From: a virus | Length of the DNA stretch: 64,000 bases | IMG/VR virus record: IMGVR_UViG_3300037467_002149 | Span: 4,445-68,444 of that record | Reading direction: 5' to 3' (one strand) | The notes under the pieces: model-generated | The model's database searches: none | What the model saw: only the letters and a program-made list of their open reading frames with translations | What the model was told of the DNA's origin: nothing | Made by a program: the position numbers and the translations under genes | In this document: positions 57,111-64,000 of the stretch, piece by piece | Position numbering within the stretch: position 1 is the first letter of the stretch | How the letters are laid out: the number at the start of each line of letters is the position of its first letter

Positions 57111-57670
57111 GCAGCATTCTCCTCGGGAGGAAGGATTTCGTAGAAGACGCCGTTCTTGGCGCTGAAGAGACGCTTCAGCTGGATGACGCAGTCGAACAGT
57201 GCGTTGTGGGCGTCGCCGGGCATCGTCAGCCACTTCATGTTCGGCTCGTCGGCCTTGCCGAACAGACCGGCCAGGAAGGTACGGAGATCGCGTGTCGTGA
57301 ACGGAGAGAACGGCATCGGTAGATCGATGCGCTCGAGGTAGGTCTGGACGAACCAGTAATCGAAGTTGCCGCGCGACCAGAACCGCTGGCTGCAATTGGC
57401 TAGCTTCGCCCAGTCGAAGAAGTCCTGCATGACCTCGTTCGCCGGCTGTGCCGTCGACATGATCTTCGTGAACAGATCCCACTTGGGGGCCCAGAAGTTG
57501 TTGCGGCAGTCCTCGTCCCAGTACCGGCCCTTGGGGATCAGCAACGACCGGTTGAAGGTGCGACCGATCTCCTCGGTCTCATAGTTGAACTCGATCGCGG
57601 CGAGCTGGACCATCGCGTTGTGATACGGGTCGGTGCCGGTCGTCTCGATGTCGACCATGACGTCGGTCAT
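57107..57670 (-). CDS. DEDD 3'-5' exonuclease (Rv2179c-like)
   Basis: VMVDIETTG, WSRGNFD, RDLRT, HNALFDC. Confidence 0.85.
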   Translation of the reverse strand: MTDVMVDIETTGTDPYHNAMVQLAAIEFNYETEEIGRTFNRSLLIPKGRYWDEDCRNNFWAPKWDLFTKIMSTAQPANEVMQDFFDWAKLANCSQRFWSRGNFDYWFVQTYLERIDLPMPFSPFTTRDLRTFLAGLFGKADEPNMKWLTMPGDAHNALFDCVIQLKRLFSAKNGVFYEILPPEENAA

Positions 57671-57693
57671 CGGCGCGTCGGAGAGGCGGGCTG

Positions 57694-58101
57694 TCAGAAA
57701 GTGCAACAAGGAAGCTCCTCAAACTTGATGGATTTGGCGCCGGCTGCGACTGCGGCGGCGAAGACTTTCTCGGTCATGAGGAACCAGGCCCCGAGACCGT
57801 AGGAGAAGATGTAAAAGTCGTAGCGACCGCGGACCGCAGCTTGCTTGAGCGCCATGGCTCTCTGCGAGGGGCGAATGTCCGCGAACGGAAAGCTGGTCAT
57901 GCTCTGGCACGACTTCACCTCGGCGTAGAACGTCAGCATGTTCTTGGTGACGAGGTAGTCGCTGGGCTTGGGGAAGTCCCCGACGCGGCGCCCACCGTTC
58001 AATCCGGTGAGCGCCTTCTTGTCGGGGAAGCGGTAAAGGACGTCGGCGCCGATCAGGTCTTCAAAAGCCTCTTCGGCGGCCGTTCCGTCATTCTTCGCCA
58101 T
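57694..58101 (-). CDS. PD-(D/E)xK endonuclease, RecU/Holliday junction resolvase-like
   Basis: E..F, PSDY, YAEVKS, IRPSQ. Confidence 0.75.
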   Translation of the reverse strand: MAKNDGTAAEEAFEDLIGADVLYRFPDKKALTGLNGGRRVGDFPKPSDYLVTKNMLTFYAEVKSCQSMTSFPFADIRPSQRAMALKQAAVRGRYDFYIFSYGLGAWFLMTEKVFAAAVAAGAKSIKFEELPCCTF

Positions 58102-58327
58102 CGGTACTAGCCGCGTGGACCACGAGGATCGACCAGCAGACCAAAACGATCACGAAAATGAAGCGACCTGGGCCCGGCCAATTCGCTGGGTGGACGTCCC
58201 ACGCGATGAAGGCCGACCCGCCATAGATCACGAGCACGCCGACAACGAAAACGAACAAAGCGGCAGGGGCATCGACCCAGCTCGGAAAGCCGAGGTCTTC
58301 AGCAGAACGTGACATGTGGTTCCTCAC
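58088..58327 (-). CDS. Two-transmembrane protein
   Basis: Two hydrophobic helices. Confidence 0.6.
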   Translation of the reverse strand: MRNHMSRSAEDLGFPSWVDAPAALFVFVVGVLVIYGGSAFIAWDVHPANWPGPGRFIFVIVLVCWSILVVHAASTDGEE

Positions 58328-58375
58328 GGTTGTTGAGGAACCGTCCTACGGACGCTGACTCCGCGATGCCTGGGT

Positions 58376-58615
58376 TTAGGGAGGAGTGACTAAGTCAGTC
58401 CTCACGACCGCGTAGGTGGGTGACTCCTCATCGTAACCGCAGTTCCAGGCATGCCACAGCTCTTCCTGGCTCGAGGGCATGTGCGGGTTATCGGAGCGGG
58501 GCCGGTCGCGCCGTGCAGCGCCCTGGCCCTGCCCGAAGGCGTTGCAGATCGCCTCCGTCTGTTTCTCGTCGAGAGACTTGGGCGTCGGTCGGACGAACTG
58601 GCCGAAACTCCTCAC
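58376..58615 (-). CDS. Hypothetical protein
   Basis: Coupled to the polymerase stop; AFGQG..R.DNPH..W.CGY motif. Confidence 0.6.
   Translation of the reverse strand: MRSFGQFVRPTPKSLDEKQTEAICNAFGQGQGAARRDRPRSDNPHMPSSQEELWHAWNCGYDEESPTYAVVRTDLVTPP
58385..58399. promoter_or_regulatory. Palindromic operator (one mismatch) at a gene end
   Basis: AGTGACTAAGTCAGT. Confidence 0.6.
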
Positions 58616-61281
58616 GCCGCCACCTTAGCATCGGCGACGAACTCGATCACCCTTTTGACGATGTCGTCGGGGAGAACCTGGCCCTGCAGCTCGCGCGGGA
58701 TCACGCCGTCGATCGGCTCAGCTTCGTCGAGCTCGATCTGGCTGAAGGCCGGGTTCAGTTTATCGAATGGCTTGAATGTCCGGCCTACCGACACTGTGCA
58801 GTGCAACGGTAAACTGGTGACGATGTCGGGGTGATTGGTCTTCACCGAACGCAGAGTTGTGATGAACTCCGGCACCAGATCGCGGTGAACCGACCAGACC
58901 GTCTCGTCGTGCACCGGGAACATGAAGCGGGAGTCCCAACCGCGCCGCTCGATTTCCGCCTTCATGCGGAGAATTGAGCGCTTGGCCAGCGTGGCACAGG
59001 TGCCTTGCACCTTCCCGTTGACGCCCTGATTGAGCGCGCGGCTCTTGATGCGCTTCAACGCGAGCTCGGCGTAAGCCAGCATCGCTGGCGAGGCCGAGAT
59101 ATCCGCAAACTTCCGCATCATGCAGGTGTGCCAGCTCGGCGTCGCCTCGAGGCGAACCCGGCGATGGTGATCCGGCAGCTCGATGAAGCCGTATTCCATC
59201 AGCTCCTGCTGCGTTTTCACCCGCCACGCCTCGGCGAGCGGGAAGCGATTGCGATAGCGATCGACGGCCTCCCACATCTCGTCAGGTGCCCAGCCGAGGT
59301 TCATGCCGACCGTCGAGAGCGAACCCGAATACCAGTAGTTGAAGTTCGCGCCCTTGCCGACCGGCGTCCCGCGGGTCAGCTTGTAGAACTCCTTCGGCGT
59401 CATCTCCTGGCCGGTGAAGATATGTAGCAACCGCCGGCCGTTGGGGTTCTCGTCGAACTTGAAGCGGCTGTACTCCTCCTCGGTCAGCCCGGGGAGTGTT
59501 TTGACGGCGAGACAATCCGCGGCGGCGCCGGTGTGGAGATCGCCATACGGTATCTGACCGAACACCTCTCGAAATCCATGATCGCCTGACAGGTCACCAA
59601 TGATGACGAGCTCAACGGATGACCAGTCTGCGGACACGACGACGTGATCATCGTTGTCCGGAAGGTAGAAACCTCTGACATATTTGCTGTCCGAATATTT
59701 GGCGAGCGCCATTACGTTGGGGAACGAGAAGGCCATGCGCCGCGTAGCCAGCATCGATGAGAGCGTCGGATACACCCGGCTAGTCTCAGGATCCATGAGC
59801 TGGCTGTAGGGCGTGAGGTAGAGCTTCACGGTCTGCTCGACGTCGGCCATACGCTGATAGGTCTTCAGCACGGCCATCGCCTGCTCATCGCCGGCCTTCT
59901 CGGCCTTGAGCAGCATCTTGCCGCGCGCCTCCTTATCCGAGGAAATTTCCCCGTCGAGATAGACCAGCGGCAGGCCCATCAGGTCGTGCAGGATCACCCG
60001 CATGCCCTGGTAGTAGACGGGGTTGAGCATGTTCTTCGGAACGGCCTGGCCGCGCTCCTCCGTCCACGCGTTGCCGATGGGGTTCGAGCACTGTGTGACC
60101 TGCTCGAAGATATCGTCGCTGTCAGGAAGCGAGGCCCACTTCTCGATCCGCGCGCGGATGTTCTTCCAGTTGGCTTTGCCCGGCGTGGTGCCATCATACC
60201 ATTTGGCCTGGCGCTCGAGCAGCTTCTCGTTCGGCTCTGCCGGGAATGGCAGGTAGGCGCGGATCTGCGCTTTGAACTGCTTGAGCAGATCGGCCATCGC
60301 CGCGCGCTCCATGTCACGCCGCGTGAAGACCTCCTCGAGGTTGAGCCGGAGGCCGTCACGCCAATTGTCGGCGAACACCCGGACCATCGGATTTTCCTGG
60401 TTCAGGAAAGTCTGCAGCACCTTGGGGTTGGTGCGGAGCAAATCGTCCTTCAGATGGTGGAACACGCGCACGGCCCAGTAGGCGTCGTCGGCACCGTAAT
60501 CGACCACCTGCTCGCCGGTCAGCTGCCCCATGTGACTGGCACCGGCCGCTTTCAGGACTTCGTCGTAGGTCGTCATCTGGAACCCGAAGAGGCTCTTGAC
60601 GAGCTTCTTCAGATTGTAGCCGAACGCGATCTCGCTGACGAAACCGTTGTATGAGTGTGTTGCCGTCGACGTCTTGCCGATGAACAGCGACAGCAGCTCC
60701 TGCTGCTCGCTGGTGAGGCTCCGGCCGCGCGTCTCTGGATCGTAGTTCGCGAACGCCTGCTCAATCGCCTTGCGGTGCTTGATCAGGTGTTGGAGGGGTT
60801 GGGCGAAGAAGAGCTGCGCGTCATATTCGTCGGGCCCGTGATGGGTGACCGCGAGCTGCAGGGTGCACAAAATATTTCGTAAAATAACCCCCAGACACTG
60901 CTCGAACATGACCAGTTCGAATGGCGCGTTGTGGGCGAGGATCAGACAGTTCTCAGGGACCGCGGCGAGCAGCACATCGGCCTTCTGTCGCGGGATCCGG
61001 TTCTCGATGTCCGCGTGGGCCAGGTTGACGTACCAGGCGGTGTCGCTCCCGTCGGCGTAGAACGAGAAGCCCGTCATCGTCGTACGACGATGATCGAAGA
61101 CCCACCGCTTCTTGTTGCGGTAGGATTGGATGCCGGGGTGAGCCGTCTCTTCGTCCGTCGTCTCGCAGTCGAGGCCCAGGATCGAAGCCGTCTCCAGCTC
61201 CGACAACGCGCGCTGGAAGTCCTCGTCCGAGGACCGCGCGTCAAGCAGCCTGCTGGAGATATGCGGCGAGGTATTGCTCAT
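58612..61281 (-). CDS. DNA polymerase, family A, with 3'-5' exonuclease
   Basis: ExoI LDCETT, HNAPFE; motif A ADWSSVELV, motif B GKGANFNYWY, motif C VHDE. Confidence 0.92.
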   Translation of the reverse strand: MSNTSPHISSRLLDARSSDEDFQRALSELETASILGLDCETTDEETAHPGIQSYRNKKRWVFDHRRTTMTGFSFYADGSDTAWYVNLAHADIENRIPRQKADVLLAAVPENCLILAHNAPFELVMFEQCLGVILRNILCTLQLAVTHHGPDEYDAQLFFAQPLQHLIKHRKAIEQAFANYDPETRGRSLTSEQQELLSLFIGKTSTATHSYNGFVSEIAFGYNLKKLVKSLFGFQMTTYDEVLKAAGASHMGQLTGEQVVDYGADDAYWAVRVFHHLKDDLLRTNPKVLQTFLNQENPMVRVFADNWRDGLRLNLEEVFTRRDMERAAMADLLKQFKAQIRAYLPFPAEPNEKLLERQAKWYDGTTPGKANWKNIRARIEKWASLPDSDDIFEQVTQCSNPIGNAWTEERGQAVPKNMLNPVYYQGMRVILHDLMGLPLVYLDGEISSDKEARGKMLLKAEKAGDEQAMAVLKTYQRMADVEQTVKLYLTPYSQLMDPETSRVYPTLSSMLATRRMAFSFPNVMALAKYSDSKYVRGFYLPDNDDHVVVSADWSSVELVIIGDLSGDHGFREVFGQIPYGDLHTGAAADCLAVKTLPGLTEEEYSRFKFDENPNGRRLLHIFTGQEMTPKEFYKLTRGTPVGKGANFNYWYSGSLSTVGMNLGWAPDEMWEAVDRYRNRFPLAEAWRVKTQQELMEYGFIELPDHHRRVRLEATPSWHTCMMRKFADISASPAMLAYAELALKRIKSRALNQGVNGKVQGTCATLAKRSILRMKAEIERRGWDSRFMFPVHDETVWSVHRDLVPEFITTLRSVKTNHPDIVTSLPLHCTVSVGRTFKPFDKLNPAFSQIELDEAEPIDGVIPRELQGQVLPDDIVKRVIEFVADAKVAA

Positions 61282-61468
61282 AGAGCTCCTCCGTCATGAT
61301 GAGGATGGCTTCGATCTCTTCGGCGGCGTCGAGCTTGTTCTCGACTACGGCGTTGGCGAGGATTGTGGCAGTCATGTTCGCAAGCGGGTGGATGATGTCA
61401 CCCGCGGTCATGCCGCTCTCGGCGGCTTCACGGACGATTTGGTCGATAATTTCGTGGTAGGTTTTCAG
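61241..61468 (-). CDS. 75-aa helical protein with probable CTG start, missed by the track
   Basis: AGGAGG 8 nt before a CTG that overlaps the exonuclease TGA; LKTYHEIIDQ...YLQQAA*. Confidence 0.6.
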   Translation of the reverse strand: MKTYHEIIDQIVREAAESGMTAGDIIHPLANMTATILANAVVENKLDAAEEIEAILIMTEELYEQYLAAYLQQAA

Positions 61469-62241
61469 AGGAAGAACCTCCTGAAGAGCGCGTTCGCGGC
61501 CTCGCGATTTAAGACGCCTTGCTTCATGCCGGCGTCGAGCTCGGCTTCGGGGACAGGAATAAACCGAGTGACGGCCAAGGCGAGCTTCGCCTCCTTGCGG
61601 TTCTCGGAATTGAGGAGAAGGTTGCGTGGCCGCGTTGGTAGCGGCAGCTCGTGGATCAGCTCAGGGCTGTTCTCGTCGATCGCTCGAAGCAGCTTCTTGC
61701 GATCGGGTGGCGTAAGGGCATTCCAAGACTTCGGACCGAAGCCCTTGACCCCAATGATGTTGTCGGACGGATCACCGACGAGCGCCTTGTATAAAGGGAT
61801 GTGGTGCGGCTCGCAATTCGGCACCGCCTGCACGCGGATGCCGTCGATCGTCACGTTCGAGTAGGACATCAGCTGCCAGTAATCGAGGTCGTTCGTGTGA
61901 ACGGTAACGGGCATCTTGCGACTGGCAAACCGGTGGACCAGTGCTCCGATAACGTCGTCAGCTTCCCAGCCGTCGCACTCGGCCTGGTAGCAAGGGGAGT
62001 GCTGCAGCGCCTCGCGGAACACGCCGATCTGCGCGAAGCGATCCTCGGCCATGGGGGTCCGGTTCATCTTGTACGCCGGATAGAGCATCCGGCGGCGCTC
62101 ATTGTGATTGCGGCCGTCCCAGCACCAGATGTGGATGCCGTTGGTGCTCATGTCGTAGCGGCGGCGCAGGCCGATCCGCTCGCCGCCGACCTTGTCCAGG
62201 TCGCGCAGCATGACGTTGTTGCCGTCGTAGAGATGGATCAC
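61465..62241 (-). CDS. 5'-3' exonuclease / flap endonuclease
   Basis: YDGNN, YPAYKMNR, WEADD, DLDY.QL, LVGDPSDNI.GVKGFGPK. Confidence 0.9.
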   Translation of the reverse strand: MIHLYDGNNVMLRDLDKVGGERIGLRRRYDMSTNGIHIWCWDGRNHNERRRMLYPAYKMNRTPMAEDRFAQIGVFREALQHSPCYQAECDGWEADDVIGALVHRFASRKMPVTVHTNDLDYWQLMSYSNVTIDGIRVQAVPNCEPHHIPLYKALVGDPSDNIIGVKGFGPKSWNALTPPDRKKLLRAIDENSPELIHELPLPTRPRNLLLNSENRKEAKLALAVTRFIPVPEAELDAGMKQGVLNREAANALFRRFFL

Positions 62242-62921
62242 AGGCCCGGCCTCCCCCTGATTTGCAGAACCCGCGTCGGTCCTCCTGCGCCGTCGAACAC
62301 GCCAACAACGGCACGGCCGGTTGCCCAAGCGAAGCTGTCGAGGTTCGTCCGATGTGGCTTTAGCAGCGGGTGGTTCGGCGATTGATGATGGCCATGGACG
62401 ACGTGCTTGCCACTCATGTGTGGATGATCGGGGTGGATCTCAGCACCATGATAAAGTTGGTCACTCGGGTAGAGCATCCACTGCAGCGTCTGCTTCTTCG
62501 TCAGCTCCAAAGGAGCATCGAATTTGACACCGGCATGGACGTAAATCCGATGCTCGTCCTCGAAGTAGACCGGCAAATTCCGGAGCCAGGCAAGGTGGCT
62601 GCGCGGGATCTCATAGTTATAGGACTCGAGCGTCTGGTAGCCGCCGTTGATCAGCCACAGCCCCTCTCGGCGACCGCCCTTGTCGGCGCTCACCATCATG
62701 GCCTCGTGGTTGCCCTGCAGCACGATCCACCGCCAGTTCGGCAGGTCTGGGCCTTCCATGAGCCGTTCGATGATCTCACGCGACTGCGGCCCGCGATCGA
62801 CGAAATCGCCAAGCACAATGAACGTGCCGCCAGCTGGGCCGGCGTCTCGTTCAATCTGATCGAGCGCGAGGGCGAGAAGGTCGTAGCGGCCGTGCAGGTC
62901 CGCGATGACGTAGGTGTTCAT
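62238..62921 (-). CDS. Ser/Thr phosphatase-family metallophosphoesterase (lambda NinI-like)
   Basis: ADLHG, LGDFVDRG, GNHE, VHAG, HGH. Confidence 0.88.
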   Translation of the reverse strand: MNTYVIADLHGRYDLLALALDQIERDAGPAGGTFIVLGDFVDRGPQSREIIERLMEGPDLPNWRWIVLQGNHEAMMVSADKGGRREGLWLINGGYQTLESYNYEIPRSHLAWLRNLPVYFEDEHRIYVHAGVKFDAPLELTKKQTLQWMLYPSDQLYHGAEIHPDHPHMSGKHVVHGHHQSPNHPLLKPHRTNLDSFAWATGRAVVGVFDGAGGPTRVLQIRGRPGL

Positions 62922-63295
62922 TGCGGCGCAATCTCCGCTTTCAAGAGCTTCACGCCCTCGAAGAAAATCTCGTCGCTGCGAAGCAGCTTTTCGGCTTGGC
63001 GGGCGCCTCGGAACACCGAGGCGTGTCCGCCGAGATGGAACAGTTTGGCGATGCGCGGGTAGCTCCAGCCACACTCGGTATTGAGGACGTGGGCGAGCGC
63101 CTGCCGCGCCTTGGTGATGTTGCCACTGCGGCGCTTGGGGTTCTGGATCGCTCCAGCAGGAATATCGAACCAACGCTCAGCAAAGGAAATGAGGCGGGGG
63201 CCTAGGCCCCCGCCTCCAGCGGCGGTCGTCGAGGGGAGGGGAGGTGCGACCGCCGTCTGCATCAGTCGACCGACTCGAAGTTGAGCACGCCCCAC
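62918..63295 (-). CDS. DnaA domain IV-like HTH protein
   Basis: ARQALAHVL..GWSYPRIAKLF..GHASV resembles DnaA ARQ.AMYL..SLP.IG..F..DHTTV. Confidence 0.7.
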   Translation of the reverse strand: MGRAQLRVGRLMQTAVAPPLPSTTAAGGGGLGPRLISFAERWFDIPAGAIQNPKRRSGNITKARQALAHVLNTECGWSYPRIAKLFHLGGHASVFRGARQAEKLLRSDEIFFEGVKLLKAEIAPQ

Positions 63296-63975
63296 TCGTT
63301 GCCGGCCGTGTTGGTTTTCTTCTCGTGGGTCAGCTTGACCTTCAGCACACCGTTCAGGGCGTCCGGATTGGTGCGGCGAAGTGACTTGCCGAACGCCTGG
63401 AAGGCACGGAAGCCGGTCTTCGACGGCGTGAGGCCGACGCGGGTGCCGGCATCGATCTTCACCGTGGAGGACTTCTTCGGATCTTCGACATCGTCGAAGA
63501 GCGTCATCGGGATCTCGGCCGTCTGGAAGGGGCCGTCGTTCTTGACGTTGATCCGCGACAGGCGCTGGAACTCGGAGTCGAACGATTTGCCTTCCGGCGT
63601 GGTCGAGCCGTCGTAGGTCTTGAGGAACGTGGTCTTGCCGCCGGCCTCATGCCGCGACTGATAGATCGGAGTGACCTCCGACATATCGATCTCGACAATG
63701 ACCTCCTCGAGCAGGCCCTGCATCTTGTCGCCGATGCGGAAACCTTCCGCGTTCACCTTGAGATAGGTGTCGACGTCCATTCCACCGCCGTCGAGGAAGT
63801 CCTCGATCGTCGGACGGGCAAGATTAGTGTTGGCAGGAGTCGCCGGAACGAGGTCCGTGGCGTTGCCCGGGAGGGGCACGGGAACCGGAACAACCGCAGC
63901 AGCGGCTGCTTCAGCTTCGGCCATGACGTTGTCGAGTGCAGAAGCGGTATTACCCATAATCGAAGTACCTTTCAA
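63262..63975 (-). CDS. Putative single-stranded DNA-binding protein
   Basis: First gene of the replication operon; beta-rich OB-like core. Function inferred. Confidence 0.4.
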   Translation of the reverse strand: MKGTSIMGNTASALDNVMAEAEAAAAAVVPVPVPLPGNATDLVPATPANTNLARPTIEDFLDGGGMDVDTYLKVNAEGFRIGDKMQGLLEEVIVEIDMSEVTPIYQSRHEAGGKTTFLKTYDGSTTPEGKSFDSEFQRLSRINVKNDGPFQTAEIPMTLFDDVEDPKKSSTVKIDAGTRVGLTPSKTGFRAFQAFGKSLRRTNPDALNGVLKVKLTHEKKTNTAGNEWGVLNFESVD

Positions 63976-64000
63976 AGTTGTGGAGTGATCTCTCTGAGAC

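Overview
All 64 kb reads as one temperate, GC-rich, long-tailed (siphovirus-type) phage genome, probably of an alphaproteobacterial host. The host call is inference from a GapR/DUF2312 gene and a tRNA-Val(GAC)-derived attachment core. The first ORF runs off the left edge, so the genome may be larger than the window. Layout: about 25 small leftward early genes (1-7.1 kb), including a stand-alone WYL domain; a palindrome-rich control/terminus region (7.2-9.1 kb); a leftward primase-helicase; rightward GpA-type terminase and portal; an 8.4 kb accessory cassette inside the head module (fibre/Ig/cadherin/SPRY/DUF1996 proteins plus an antisense GT2 glycosyltransferase); protease/scaffold, decoration and major capsid genes; a rearranged lambda-like tail module with a -1 frameshifted chaperone; and a leftward replication/nucleotide arm (thyA, DUF5664, SbcC/SbcD, GapR, exonucleases, resolvase, PolA, phosphatase, DnaA-IV-like HTH, SSB-like). 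That arm is split by a lysis cassette, an intact attP and a tyrosine integrase. The least explained signals are: (i) a GTGAC-N3-GTCAC palindrome repeated at least 11 times, mostly at gene junctions, with no recognisable CI repressor in the window; (ii) a 41-bp inverted repeat flanking an AT-rich core, plus a second palindrome family; (iii) a structured intergenic region carrying a 15-nt complement of the 16S rRNA 3' end; (iv) secreted SPRY and DUF1996 proteins plus a glycosyltransferase among the head genes. All product calls are from motif recognition by eye; no database searches were run.
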